A stretch of DNA of 64,000 nucleotides. Source: Mobula hypostoma. Lineage: Eukaryota. This document shows, in pieces, positions 15,501 to 30,500 of the stretch. The notes under the pieces are model-generated. The model saw only the letters and a program-made list of their open reading frames with translations, had not been told where the DNA came from and did no database searches. The stretch lies in assembly GCF_963921235.1 (NCBI RefSeq), contig NC_086108.1, positions 2,294,001 through 2,358,000 on the forward strand. The letters are read 5' to 3'. Position 1 is the first letter of the stretch, and every line of letters starts with the position of its first letter. A program made the translations under genes and the position numbers.

Positions 15501-18500
15501 CTGAAGCTGTGGTGTTCATGGACTTTGTGAACCTGTGGTGTTGATGGAGATTGAGAAGCTGTGGTGTTGATGGAGATTGGAAGCTGTGGTGTTGATGTCA
15601 ATTTTGATGCTGTAGTGTTGATGGAGATTGTGAAGCTGTGGTGTTCATGGACTTTGTGAACCTGAGGTGTTGATGGAGATTGAAAAGCTGTGGTGTTGAT
15701 GTAGATTGGGTGATGTGGTGTTGATGGAGTTTGTGAAGCTGTGGAGTTGATGGAGATTGGGTGATGTGGCGTTGACGGAGATTGTGAAGCTGTGGTGTTG
15801 ATGAAGATTGTGAAGCCATGGTGTTGATGGAGTTTGTGAAGCTGTGGTATGGATGGAGATTATGAAGCTGTGGTGTTGATGGAGATTGGGTGATGTGGTG
15901 TTGATGGAGATTATGAAGCTGTGGTGTTGATGGAGATTGTGAAGCTGCAGTGTTCATGGACTTTGTGAACCAGTGGTGTTGATGGAGACTGAGAAGCTGT
16001 GGTGTTGACGGAGATTGGAAGCTGTTGTGTTGATGGCGATTTTGACGCTGTAGTGTTGATGGAGATTGTGAAGCTGTGGTGTTCATGGAGTTTGTGAACC
16101 TGTGGTGTTGATGGAGATTGAGAAGCTGTGGTGTTGATGGAGATTGTGAAGCTGAGGTGTAGGTGGAGATCGGGTGTTGTTGTGTTGATGGAGATTGGGT
16201 GACATGGTGTTGATGGAGATTGTGAAGCCGTGGTGTTGAAGGAGATTGTGAAGCTGTGGTGTTGATGGAGATTGCGAAGCTGTGGTGTTGATGGAGATTG
16301 TGAAGCTGTGGTTTGATGGAGATTGTGAAGCTGTGCTGTTGATGGATTTTCTGAAGCTGTGGTGTTGATGGAGAGTATGGAGTTGTGGTGTTGATGGAGA
16401 TTGGCAGATATGGTGTTGATGGAGATTGGTTCTGTGGTATTGATGGAGATTGGGTCATGTGGTGTTGATGGAGATTGGGTCATGTGGTGTTGATGGAGAT
16501 TGGGTGATGTGGTGTTGAGGGAGATTGGGTGATGGGGTGTTTTTGGATATTGGGTGATGCGGTGTTGATGGAGATTCTGAAGCTGTGGTGTTCATGGACT
16601 TTGTGAACCTGTGGTGTTGATGGAGATTGAGAAGCTGTGGTGTTGATGGAGATTGGAAGCTGTGGTGTTGATGTCAATTTTGATGCTGTAGTGTTGATGG
16701 AGATTGTGAAGCTGTGGTGTTCATGGACTTTGTGAACCTGAGGTGTTGATGGAGATTGAAAAGCTGTGGTGTTGATGTAGATTGGGTGATGTGGTGTTGA
16801 TGGAGTTTGTGAAGCTGTGGAGTTGATGGAGATTGGGTGATGTGGCGTTGACGGAGATTGTGAAGCTGTGGTGTTGATGAAGATTGTGAAGCTGTGGTGT
16901 TGATGGAGTTTGTGAAGCTGTGGTATGGATGGAGATTATGAAGCTGTGGTGTTGATGGAGATTGGGTGATGTGGTGTTGATGGCGATTTTGACGCTGTAG
17001 TGTTGATGGAGATTGTGAAGCTGTGGTGTTCATGGAGTTTGTGAACCTGTGGTGTTGATGGAGATTGAGAAGCTATGGTGTTGATGGAGATTGTGAAGCT
17101 GAGGTGTAGGTGGAGATCGGGTGTTGTTGTGTTGATGGAGATTGGGTGACATGGTGTTGATGGAGATTGTGAAGCCGTGGTGTTGAAGGAGATTGTGAAG
17201 CTGTGGTGTTGATGGAGATTGCGAAGCTGTGGTGTTGATGGAGATTGTGAAGCTGTGGTTTGATGGAGATTGTGAAGCTGTGCTGTTGATGGATTTTCTG
17301 AAGCTGTGGTGTTGATGGAGAGTATGGAGTTGTGGTGTTGATGGAGATTGGCAGATATGGTGTTGATGGAGATTGGTTCTGTGGTATTGATGGAGATTGG
17401 GTCATGTGGTGTTGATGGAGATTGGGTGATGTGGTGTTGATGGAGATTGGGCGATGTGGTGTTGAGGGAGATTGGGTGATGGGGTGTTTTTGGATATTGG
17501 GTGATGCGGTGTTGATGGAGATTGTGAAGCTGTGGTGTTCATGGACTTTGTGAACCTGTGGTGTTGATGGAGATTGAGAAGCTGTGGTGTTGATGGAGAT
17601 TGGAAGCTGTGGTGTTGATGTCAATTTTGATGCTGTAGTGTTGATGGAGATTGTGAAGCTGTGGTGTTCATGGACTTTGTGAACCTGAGGTGTTGATGGA
17701 GATTGAAAAGCTGTGGTGTTGATGTAGATTGGGTGATGTGGTGTTGATGGAGTTTGTGAAGCTGTGGAGTTGATGGAGATTGGGTGATGTGGCGTTGACG
17801 GAGATTGTGAAGCTGTGGTGTTGATGAAGATTGTGAAGCCATGGTGTTGATGGAGTTTGTGAAGCTGTGGTATGGATGGAGATTATGAAGCTGTGGTGTT
17901 GATGGAGATTGGGTGATGTGGTGTTGATGGAGATTATGAAGCTGTGGTGTTGATGGAGATTGTGAAGCTGCAGTGTTCATGGCCTTTGTGAACCAGTGGT
18001 GTTGATGGAGACTGAGAAGCTGTGGTGTTGACGGAGATTGGAAGCTGTTGTGTTGATGGCGATTTTGACGCTGTAGTGTTGATGGAGATTGTGAAGCTGT
18101 GGTGTTCATGGAGTTTGTGAACCTGTGGTGTTGATGGAGATTGAGAAGCTGTGGTGTTGATGGAGATTGGAAGCTGTGGTATTGATGGCGATTGTGACGC
18201 TGTAGTGTTGATGGAGATTGTGAAGCTGAGGTGTAGGTGGAGATCGGGTGTTGTTGTGTTGATGGAGATTGGGTGACATGGTGTTGATGGAGATTGTGAA
18301 GCCGTGGTGTTGAAGGAGATTGTGAAGCTGTGGTGTTGATGGAGATTGCGAAGCTGTGGTGTTGATGGAGATTGTGAAGCTGTGGTTTGATGGAGATTGT
18401 GAAGCTGTGCTGTTGATGGATTTTCATAAGCTGTGGTGTTGATGGAGAGTATGGAGTTGTGGTGTTGATGGAGATTGGCAGATATGGTGTTGATGGAGAT

Positions 18501-21500
18501 TGGTTCTGTGGTATTGATGGAGATTGGGTCATGTGGTGTTGATGGAGATTGGGAAGCATGTGGTGTTGATGGAGATTGTGAAGCTGTGGTGTTGATGGAG
18601 ATTGGGTCATGTGGTGTTGATGGCGATTGTGAAGCTGTGGTGTTGATGGAGATTGTGAAGCTGTGGTGTTCATGGACTTTGTGAACCTGTGGTGTTGATG
18701 GAGATTGAGAAGCTGTGGTGTTGATGGAGATTGGAAGCTGTGGTGTTGATGTCAATTTTGATGCTGTAGTGTTGATGGAGATTGTGAAGCTGTGGTGTTC
18801 ATGGACTTTGTGAACCTGAGGTGTTGATGGAGATTGAAAAGCTGTGGTGTTGATGTAGATTGGGTGATGTGGTGTTGATGGAGTTTGTGAAGCTGTGGAG
18901 TTGATGGAGATTGGGTGATGTGGCGTTGACGGAGATTGTGAAGCTGTGGTGTTGATGAAGATTGTGAAGCTGTGGTGTTGATGGAGTTTGTGAAGCTGTG
19001 GTATGGATGGAGATTATGAAGCTGTGGTGTTGATGGAGATTGGGTGATGTGGTGTTGATGGAGATTATGAAGCTGTGGTATTGATGGAGATTGTGAAGCT
19101 GCGGTGTTCATGGACTTTGTGAACCAGTGGTGTTGATAGAGACTGAGAAGCTGTGGTGTTGACGGAGATTGGAAGCTGTTGTGTTGATGGCGATTTTGAC
19201 GCTGTAGTGTTGATGGAGATTGAGAAGCTGTGGTGTTGATGGAGATTGGAAGCTGTGGTATTGATGGCGATTGTGACGCTGTAGTGTTGATGGAGATTGT
19301 GAAGCTGAGGTGTAGGTGGAGATCGGGTGTTGTTGTGTTGATGGAGATTGGGTGACATGGTGTTGATGGAGATTGTGAAGCCGTGGTGTTGAAGGAGATT
19401 GTGAAGCTGTGGTGTTGATGGAGATTGGGTGATGTGGTGTTGATGGAGATTGTGAAGCTGTGGTGTTGATGGAGATTGGGTGATGTGCTGTTGATGGAGA
19501 TTGCGAAGCTGTGGTGTTGATGGAGATTGTGAAGCTGTGGTTTGATGGAGATTGTGAAGCTGTGGTGTTGATGGAGATTGTGAAGCTGTGGTGTTGATGG
19601 AGATTGGGTGATGTGGCATTGACAGAGATTGTGAGGCTGTGGTGTTAATGGAGATTGTGAAGCTGTGGTGTTGATGGATATTCTGAATCTGTGGTGTTGA
19701 TGGAGATTATGGAGTTGTGCTGTTGATGGAGATTGGCTGAGATGGTGTTGATGGAGATTGGGGTCTGTGGTGTTGATGGAGATTGGGTCATGTGGTGTTG
19801 ATGGCGATTGTGAAGCTGTGGTGTTGATGGACATTGTGAAGCTGTGATGTTGATGGAGTTTGTGAAGCTGCGGTGTTGATGGAGATTGTGAAGCTGAGGT
19901 TTAGATGGAGACTGGGTATTGTTCTGTTAATGGAGATTGGGTGATGTGGTGTTGATGGAGATTGTGAAGCTGTGCTGTTGATGGATATTCTGAAGCTGTG
20001 GTGTTGATGGAGAGTATGGAGTTGTGGTGTTGATGGAGATTGGCAGATATGGTGTTGATGGAGATTGGTTCTGTGGTATTGATGGAGATTGGGTCATGTG
20101 GTGTTGATGGAGATTGGGTGATGTGGTGTTGATGGAGATTGGGTGATGTGGTGTTGAGGGAGATTGGGTGAAGGGGTGTTTTTGGATATTGGGTGATGCG
20201 GTGTTGATGGAGATTGTGAAGCTGTGGTGTTCATGGACTTTGTGAACCTGTGGTGTTGATTGAGATTGTGAATCTGTGGTGTTGATGGAGATTGGAAGCT
20301 GTTGTGTTGTTGGCGATTTTGACGCTGTAGTGTTGATGGAGATTGTGAAGCTGTGGTGTTCATGGAGTTTGTGAATCTGTGGTGTTGATGGAGATTGGAA
20401 GCTGTGGTGTTGATGGAGATTGGAAGCTGTGGTGTTGATGGCGATTGTGACGCTGTGGTGTTGATGGAGATTGTGAAGCTGAGGTGTAGGTGGAGATCGG
20501 GTGTTGTTGTGTTGATGGAGATTGGGTGATGTGGTGTTGGTGGAGATTCTGAAGCTGTGGTGTTGATGGAGATGATGGAGCTGTGGTGTTGATAGATATT
20601 GGGTGATGTGGTGTTGATGGAGACTGCGAAGCCGTTGTGCTGATGGAGATTGGGTGATGTGGTGTTGATGGAGATTGTGAAGCTGTGGTGTTGATGGAGA
20701 TTGGGTGATGTGCTGTTGATGGAGATTGCAAAGCTGTGGTGTTGATGGAGATTGGAAGCTGTGGTGTTGATGTCAATTTTGATGCTGTAGTGTTGATGGA
20801 GATTGTGAAGCTGTGGTGTTGATGGAGATTGAGAAGCTGTGGTGTTGATGGAGATTGGAAGCTGTGGTGTTGATGTCAATTTTGATGCTGTAGTGTTGAT
20901 GGAGATTGTGAAGCTGTGGTGTTCATGGACTTTGTGAACCTGAGGTGTTGGTGGAGATTGAAAAGCTGTGGTGTTGATGTAGATTGGGTGATGTGGTGTT
21001 GATGGAGTTTGTGAAGCTGTGGAGTTGATGGAGATTGGGTGATGTGGCGTTGACGGAGATTGTGAAGCTGTGGTGTTGATGAAGATTGTGAAGCTGTGGT
21101 GTTGATGGAGTTTGTGAAGCTGTGGTATGGATGGAGATTATGAAGCTGTGGTGTTGATGGAGATTGGGTGATGTGGTGTTGATGGAGATTATGAAGCTGT
21201 GGTATTGATGGAGATTGTGAAGCTGCGGTGTTCATGGACTTTGTGAACCAGTGGTGTTGATGGAGACTGAGAAGCTGTGGTGTTGACGGAGATTGGAAGC
21301 TGTTGTGTTGATGGCGATTTTGACGCTGTAGTGTTGATGGAGATTGAGAAGCTGTGGTGTTGATGGAGATTGGAAGCTGTGGTATTGATGGCGATTGTGA
21401 CGCTGTAGTGTTGATGGAGATTGTGAAGCTGAGGTGTAGGTGGAGATCGGGTGTTGTTGTGTTGATGGAGATTGGGTGACATGGTGTTGATGGAGATTGT

Positions 21501-24500
21501 GAAGCCGTGGTGTTGATGGAGATTGTGAAGCTGTGGTGTTGATGGAGATTGGGTGATGTGGTGTTGATGGAGATTGTGAAGCTGTGGTGTTGATGGAGAT
21601 TGGGTGATGTGCTGTTGATGGAGATTGTGAAGCTGTGGTGTTGATGGAGATTGTGAAGCTGTGGTGTTGATGGAGATTGTGAAGCTGTGGTGTTGATGGA
21701 GATTGTGAAGCTGTGGTGTTGATGGAGGTTGGATGATGTGGTGTTGATGGAGATTGTGAAGCTGTGGTGTTGATGGAGATTGTGAAGCTGTGGTGTTGAT
21801 GGAGATTGGGTGATGTGCTGTTGATGGAGATTGTGAAGCTGTGGTGTTGATGGAGATTGTGAAGCTGTGGTGTTGATGGAGATTGGGGGATGTGGCACTG
21901 ACGGAGATTGTGAGGCTGTGGTGTTAATGGAGATTGTGAAGCTGTGGTGTTGATGGATATTCTGAATCTGTGGTGTTGATGGAGATTATGGAGTTGTGCT
22001 GTTGATGGAGATTGGCTGATATGGTGTTGATGGAGATTGGGGTCTGTGGTGTTGATGGAGATTGGGTCATGTGGTGTTGATGGCGATTGTGAAGCTGTGG
22101 TGTTGATGGACATTGTGAAGCTGTGATGTTGATGGAGTTTGTGAAGCTGCGGTGTTGATGGAGATTGTGAAGCTGAGGTTTAGATGGAGACTGGGTATTG
22201 TTCTGTTAATGGAGATTGGGTGATGTGGTGTTGATGGAGATTGTGAAGCTGTGCTGTTGATGGATATTCTGAAGCTGTGGTGTTGATGGAGAGTATGGAG
22301 TTGTGGTGTTGATGGAGATTGGCAGATATGGTGTTGATGGAGATTGGTTCTGTGGTATTGATGGAGATTGGGTCATGTGGTGTTGATGGAGATTGGGTGA
22401 TGTGGTGTTGATGGAGATTGGGTGATGTGGTGTTGAGGGAGATTGGGTGATGGGGTGTTTTTGGATATTGGGTGATGCGTGGTTGATGGAGATTGTGAAG
22501 CTGTGGTGTTCATGGACTTTGTGAACCTGTGGTGTTGATGGAGATTGAGAAGCTGTGGTGTTGATGGAGATTGGAAGCTGTGGTGTTGATGTCAATTTTG
22601 ATGCTGTAGTGTTGATGGAGATTGTGAAGCTGTGGTGTTCATGGACTTTGTGAACCTGAGGTGTTGATGGAGATTGAAAAGCTGTGGTGTTGATGTAGAT
22701 TGGGTGATGTGGTGTTGATGGAGTTTGTGAAGCTGTGGAGTTGATGGAGATTGGGTGATGTGGCGTTGACGGAGATTGTGAAGCTGTGGTGTTGATGAAG
22801 ATTGTGAAGCTGTGGTGTTGATGGAGTTTGTGAAGCTGTGGTGTTGATGAAGATTGTGAAGCTGTGGTGTTGATGGAGTTTGTGAAGCTGTGGTGTTGAT
22901 GGAGATTATGAAGCTGTGGTGTTGATGGAAATTGGGTGATGTGGTGTTGATGGAGATTATGAAGCTGTGGTGTTGATGGAGATTGTGAAGCTGCGGTGTT
23001 CATGGCCTTTGTGAACCAGTGGTGTTGATGGAGACTGAGAAGCTGTGGTGTGTGGTGTTGATGGAGATTATGAAGCTGTGGTGTTGATGGAGATTGTGAA
23101 GCTGCAGTGTTCATGGCCTTTGTGAACCAGTGGTGTTGATGGAGACTGAGAAGCTGTGGTGTTGACGGAGATTGGAAGCTGTTGTGTTGATGGCGATTTT
23201 GACGCTGTAGTGTTGATGGAGATTGTGAAGCTGTGGTGTTCATGGAGTTTGTGAACCTGTGGTGTTGATGGAGATTGAGAAGCTGTGGTGTTGATGGAGA
23301 TTGGAAGCTGTGGTATTGATGGCGATTGTGACGCTGTAGTGTTGATGGAGATTGTGAAGCTGAGGTGTAGGTGGAGATCGGGTGTTGTTGTGTTGATGGA
23401 GATTGGGTGACATGGTGTTGATGGAGATTGTGAAGCCGTGGTGTTGATGGAGATTGTGAAGCTGTGGTGCTGATGGAGATTGGGTGATGTGGTGTTGATG
23501 GAGATTGTGAAGCTGTGGTGTTGATGGAGATTGTGAAGCTGTGGTGTTGATGGAGATTGGGTGATGTTGTGTTGATGGAGAGAGTGTGATGTGGTGTTCA
23601 TGGAGCTTGGGTGATGTGGTGTTGATGGAGATTATGAAGCTGTGGTGTTGATGGAGATTGTGAAGCTGCGGTGTTCATGGACTTTGTGAACCAGTGGTGT
23701 TGATGGAGACTGAGAAGCTGTGGTGTTGACGGAGATTGGAAGCTGTTGTGTTGATGGCGATTTTGACGCTGTAGTGTTGATGGAGATTGTGAAGCTGTGG
23801 TGTTCATGGAGTTTGTGAACCTGTGGTGTTGATGGAGATTGAGAAGCTGTGGTGTTGATGGAGATTGTAAAGCTGTGGTATTGATGGCGATTGTGACGCT
23901 GTAGTGTTGATGGAGATTGTGAAGCTGTGGTGTTGATGGAGATTGTGAAGCTGTGGTTTGATGGAGATTGTGAAGCTGTGGTGTTGATGGAGATTGTGAA
24001 GCTGTGGTGTTGATGGAGATTGGGTGAGCTGTGGTGTTGATGGAGATTGTGAAGCTGTGGTGTTGATGGAGATTGTGAAGCTGTGGTGTTGATGGAGATT
24101 GGGTGATGTGCTGTTGATGGAGATTGTGAAGCTGTGGTGTTGATGGAGATTGTGAAGCTGTGGTGTTGATGGAGATTGGGGGATGTGGCACTGACGGAGA
24201 TTGTGAGGCTGTGGTGTTAATGGAGATTGTGAAGCTGTGGTGTTGATGGATATTCTGAATCTGTGGTGTTGATGGAGATTATGGAGTTTTGCTGTTGATG
24301 GAGATTGGCTGAGATGGTGTTGATGGAGATTGGGGTCTGTGGTGTTGATGGAGATTGGGTCATGTGGTGTTGATGGCGATTGTGAAGCTGTGGTGTTGAT
24401 GGACATTGTGAAGCTGTGATGTTGATGGAGTTTGTGAAGCTGCGGTGTTGATGGAGTTTGTGAAGCTGAGGTTTAGATGGAGACTGGGTATTGTTCTGTT

Positions 24501-27500
24501 AATGGAGATTGGGTGATGTGGTGTTGATGGAGATTGTGAAGCTGTGCTGTTGATGGATATTCTGAAGCTGTGGTGTTGATGGAGAGTATGGAGTTGTGGT
24601 GTTGATGGAGATTGGCAGATATGGTGTTGATGGAGATTGGTTCTGTGGTATTGATGGAGATTGGGTCATGTGGTGTTGATGGAGATTGGGTGATGTGGTG
24701 TTGATGGAGATTGGGTGATGTGGTGTTGAGGGAGATTGGGTGATGGGGTGTTTTTGGATATTGGGTGATGCGGTGTTGATGGAGATTGTGAAGCTGTGGT
24801 GTTCATGGACTTTGTGAACCTGTGGTGTTGATGGAGATTGAGAAGCTGTGGTGTTGATGGAGATTGGAAGCTGTGGTTTTGATGTCAATTTTGATGCTGT
24901 AGTGTTGATGGAGATTGTGAAGCTGTGGTGTTCATGGACTTTGTGAACCTGAGGTGTTGATGGAGATTGAAAAGCTGTGGTGTTGATGTAGATTGGGTGA
25001 TGTGGTGTTGATGGAGTTTGTGAAGCTGTGGAGTTGATGGAGATTGGGTGATGTGGCGTTGACGGAGATTGTGAAGCTGTGGTGTTGATGAAGATTGTGA
25101 AGCTGTGGTGTTGATGGAGTTTGTGAAGCTGTGGTGTTGATGAAGATTGTGAAGCTGTGGTGTTGATGGAGTTTGTGAAGCTGTGGTGTTGATGGAGATT
25201 ATGAAGCTGTGGTGTTGATGGAGATTGGGTGATGTGGTGTTGATGGAGATTATGAAGCTGTGGTGTTGATGGAGATTGTGAAGCTGCGGTGTTCATGGAC
25301 TTTGTGAACCAGTGGTGTTGATGGAGACTGAGAAGCTGTGGTGTTGACGGAAATTGGAAGCTGTTGTGTTGATGGCGATTTTGACGCTATAGTGTTGATG
25401 GAGATTGTGAAGCTGTGGTGTTCATGGAGTTTGTGAACCTGTGGTGTTGATGGAGATTGAGAAGCTGTGGTGTTGAAGGAGATTGGAAGCTGTGGTATTG
25501 ATGGCGATTGTGACGCTGTAGTGTTGATGGAGATTGTGAAGCTGAGGTGTAGGTGGAGATCGGGTGTTGTTGTGTTGATGGAGATTGTGTGAAATGGTGT
25601 TGATGGAGATTGTGAAGCCGTGGTGTTGAAGGAGATTGTGAAGCTGTGGTGTTGATGGAGATTGGGTGATGTGCTGTTGATGGAGATTGTGAAGCTGTGG
25701 TGTTGATGGAGATTGTGAAGCTGTGGTGTTGATGGAGATTGGGTGATGTTGTGTTGATGGAGAGAGTGTGATGTGGTGTTCATGGAGCTTGGGTGATGTG
25801 GTGTTGATGGAGATTATGAAGCTGTGGTGTTGATGGAGATTGTGAAGCTGCGGTGTTCATGGACTTTGTGAACCAGTGGTGTTGATGGAGACTGAGAAGC
25901 TGTGGTGTTGATGGAGATTGTGAAGCTGTGGTGCTGATGGAAATTGGGTGATGTGGTGTTGATGGAGATTGTGAAGCTGTGGTGTTGATGGAGATTGTGA
26001 AGCTGTGGTGTTCATGGAGTTTGTGAACCTGTGGTGTTGATGGAGATTGAGAAGCTGTGGTGTTGATGGAGATTGGAAGCTGTGGTATTGATGGCGATTG
26101 TGACGCTGTAGTGTTGATGGAGATTGTGAAGCTGAGGTGTAGGTGGAGATCGGGTGTTGTTGTGTTGATGGAGATTGGGTGACATGGTGTTGATGGAGAT
26201 TGTGAAGCCGTGGTGTTGAAGGAGATTGTGAAGCTGTGGTGTTGATGGAGATTGGGTGATGTGCTGTTGATGGAGATTGTGAAGCTGTGGTGTTGATGGA
26301 GATTGTGAAGCTGTGGTGTTGATGGAGATTGGGTGATGTTGTGTTGATGGAGAGAGTGTGATGTGGTGTTGATGGAGCTTGGGTGATGTGGTGTTGATGG
26401 AGATTATGAAGCTGTGGTGTTGATGGAGATTGTGAAGCTGCGGTGTTCATGGACTTTGTGAACCAGTGGTGTTGATGGAGACTGAGAAGCTGTGGTGTTG
26501 ACGGAGATTGGAAGCTGTTGTGTTGATGGCGATTTTGACGCTGTAGTGTTGATGGAGATTGTGAAGCTGTGGTGTTCATGGAGTTTGTGAACCTGTGGTG
26601 TTGATGGAGATTGAGAAGCTGTGGTGTTGATGGAGATTGGAAGCTGTGGTATTGATGGCGATTGTGACGCTGTAGTGTTGATGGAGATTGTGAAGCTGAG
26701 GTGTAGGTGGAGATCGGGTGTTGTTGTGTTGATGGAGATTGGGTGACATGGTGTTGATGGAGATTGTGAAGCCGTGGTGTTGATGGAGATTGTGAAGCTG
26801 TGGTGCTGATGGAGATTGGGTGATGTGGTGTTGATGGAGATTGTGAAGCTGTGGTGTTGATGGAATTGGGTGATGTGCTGTTGATGGAGATTGCGAAGCT
26901 GTGGTGTTGATGGAGATTGTGAAGCTGTGGTTTGATGGAGATTGTGAAGCTGTGGTGTTGATGGAGATTGTGAAGCTGTGGTGTTGATGGAGATTGGGTG
27001 ATGTGGTGTTGATGGAGATTGTGAAGCTGTGGTGTTGATGGAGATTGTGAATCTGTGGTGTTGATGGAGATTGGGTGATGTGCTGTTGATGGAGATTGTG
27101 AAACTGTGGTGTTGATGGAGATTGTGAAGCTGTGGTGTTGATGGAGATTGGGTGATGTGGCACTGACGGAGATTGTGAGGCTGTGGTGTTAATGGAGATT
27201 GTGAAGCTGTGGTGTTGATGGATATTCTGAATCTGTGGTGTTGATGGAGATTATGGATTTGTGCTGTTGATGGAGATTGGCTGAGATGGTGTTGATGGAG
27301 ATTGGGGTCTGTGGTGTTGATGGAGATTGGGTCATGTGGTGTTGATGGCGATTGTGAAGCTGTGGTGTTGATGGACATTGTGAAGCTGTGATGTTGATGG
27401 AGTTTGTGAAGCTGCGGTGTTGATGGAGTTTGTGAAGCTGAGGTTTAGATGGAGACTGGGTATTGTTCTGTTAATGGAGATTGGGTGATGTGGTGTTGAT

Positions 27501-30500
27501 GAAGATTGTGAAGCTGTGCTGTTGATGGATATTCTGAAGCTGTGGTGTTGATGGAGAGTATGGAGTTGTGGTGTTGATGGAGATTGGCAGATATGGTGTT
27601 GATAGAGATTGGTTCTGTGGTATTGATGGAGTGGTATTGATGGAGATTGGGTGATGTGGTGTTGATGGAGATTGGGTGATGTGGTGTTGAGGGAGATTGG
27701 GTGATGGGGTGTTTTTGGATATTGGGTGATGCGGTGTTGATGGAGATTGTGAAGCTGTGGTGTTCATGGACTTTGTGAACCTGTGGTGTTGATGGAGATT
27801 GAGAAGCTGTGGTGTTGATGGAGATTGGAAGCTGTGGTGTTGATGTCAATTTTGATGCTGTAGTGTTGATGGAGATTGTGAAGCTGTGGTGTTCATGGAC
27901 TTTGTGAACCTGAGGTGTTGATGGAGATTGAAAAGCTGTGGTGTTGATGTAGATTGGGTGATGTGGTGTTGATGGAGTTTGTGAAGCTGTGGAGTTGATG
28001 GAGATTGGGTGATGTGGCGTTGACGGAGATTGTGAAGCTGTGGTGTTGATGAAGATTGTGAAGCTGTGGTGTTGATGGAGTTTGTGAAGCTGTGGTGTTG
28101 ATGAAGATTGTGAAGCTGTGGTGTTGATGGAGTTTGTGAAGCTGTGGTGTTGATGGAGATTATGAAGCTGTGGTGTTGATGGAGATTGGGTGATGTGGTG
28201 TTGATGGAGATTATGAAGCTGTGGTGTTGATGGAGATTGTGAAGCTGCGGTGTTCATGGACTTTGTGAACCAGTGGTGTTGATGGAGACTGAGAAGCTGT
28301 GGTGTTGACGGAGATTGGAAGCTGTTGTGTTGATGGCGATTTTGACGCTATAGTGTTGATGGAGATTGTGAAGCTGTGGTGTTCATGGAGTTTGTGAACC
28401 TGTGGTGTTGATGGAGATTGAGAAGCTGTGGTGTTGATGGAGATTGGAAGCTGTGGTATTGATGGCGATTGTGACGCTGTAGTGTTGATGGAGATTGTGA
28501 AGCTGAGGTGTAGGTGGAGATCGGGTTTTGTTGTGTTGATGGAGATTGGGTGACATGGTGTTGATGGAGATTGTGAAGCCGTGGTGTTGAAGGAGATTGT
28601 GAAGCTGTGGTGTTGATGGAGATTGGGTGATGTGCTGTTGATGGAGATTGTGAAGCTGTGGTGTTGATGGAGATTGTGAAGCTGTGGTGTTGATGGAGAT
28701 TGGGTGATGTTGTGTTGATGGAGAGAGTGTGATGTGGTGTTCATGGAGCTTGGGTGATGTGGTGTTGATGGAGATTATGAAGCTGTGGTGTTGATGGAGA
28801 TTGTGAAGCTGCGGTGTTCATGGACTTTGTGAACCAGTGGTGTTGATGGAGACTGAGAAGCTGTGGTGTTGACGGAGATTGGAAGCTGTTGTGTTGATGG
28901 CGATTTTGACGCTGTAGTGTTGATGGAGATTGTGAAGCTGTGGTGTTCATGGAGTTTGTGAACCTGTGGTGTTGATGGAGATTGAGAAGCTGTGGTGTTG
29001 ATGGAGATTGGAAGCTGTGGTATTGATGGCGATTGTGACGCTGTAGTGTTGATGGAGATTGTGAAGCTGAGGTGTAGGTGGAGATCGGGTGTTGTTGTGT
29101 TGATGGAGATTGGGTGACATGGTGTTGATGGAGATTGTGAAGCCGTGGTGTTGATGGAGATTGTGAAGCTGTGGTGCTGATGGAGATTGGGTGATGTGGT
29201 GTTGATGGAGATTGTGAAGCTGTGGTGTTGATGGAGATTGGGTGATGTGCTGTTGATGGAGATTGCGAAGCTGTGGTGTTGATGGAGATTGTGAAGCTGT
29301 GGTTTGATGGAGATTGTGAAGCTGTGGTGTTGATGGAGATTGTGAAGCTGTGGTGTTGATGGAGATTGGGTGATGTGGTGTTGATGGAGATTGTGAAGCT
29401 GTGGTGTTGATGGAGATTGTGAAGCTGTGGTGTTGATGGAGATTGGGTGATGTGGTGTTGATGGAGATTGTGAAGCTGTGGTGTTGATGGAGATTGTGAA
29501 GCTGTGGTGTTGATGGAGATTGGGTGATGTGCTGTTGATGGAGATTGTGAAGCTGTGGTGTTGATGGAGATTGAGAAGCTGTGGTGTTGATGGAGATTGG
29601 AAGCTGTGGTGTTGATGTCAATTTTGATGCTGTAGTGTTGATGGAGATTGTGAAGCTGTGGTGTTCATGGACTTTGTGAACCTGAGGTGTTGATGGAGAT
29701 TGAAAAGCTGTGGTGTTGATGTAGATTGGGTGATGTGGTGTTGATGGAGTTTGTGAAGCTGTGGAGTTGATGGAGATTGGGTGATGTGGCGTTGACGGAG
29801 ATTGTGAAGCTGTGGTGTTGATGAAGATTGTGAAGCTGTGGTGTTGATGGAGTTTGTGAAGCTGTGGTGTTGATGAAGATTGTGAAGCTGTGGTGTTGAT
29901 GGAGTTTGTGAAGCTGTGGTGTTGATGGAGATTATGAAGCTGTGCTGTTGATGGAAATTGGGTGATGTGGTGTTGATGGAGATTATGAAGCTGTGGTGTT
30001 GATGGAGATTGTGAAGCTGCGGTGTTCATGGACTTTGTGAACCAGTGGTGTTGATGGAGACTGAGAAGCTGTGGTGTTGACGGAGATTGGAAGCTGTTGT
30101 GTTGATGGCGATTTTGACGCTGTAGTGTTGATGGAGATTGTGAAGCTGTGGTGTTCATGGAGTTTGTGAACCTGTGGTGTTGATGGAGATTGAGAAGCTG
30201 TGGTGTTGATGGAGATTGGAAGCTGTGGTATTGATGGCGATTGTGACGCTGTAGTGTTGATGGAGATTGTGAAGCTGAGGTGTAGGTGGCGATCGGGTGT
30301 TGTTGTGTTGATGGAGATTGGGTGACATGGTGTTGATGGAGATTGTGAAGCCGTGGTGTTGATGGAGATTGTGAAGCTGTGGTGCTGATGGAGATTGGGT
30401 GATGTGGTGTTGATGGAGATTGTGAAGCTGTGGTGTTGATGGAGATTGGGTGATGTGCTGTTGATGGAGATTGCGAAGCTGTGGTGTTGATGGAGATTGT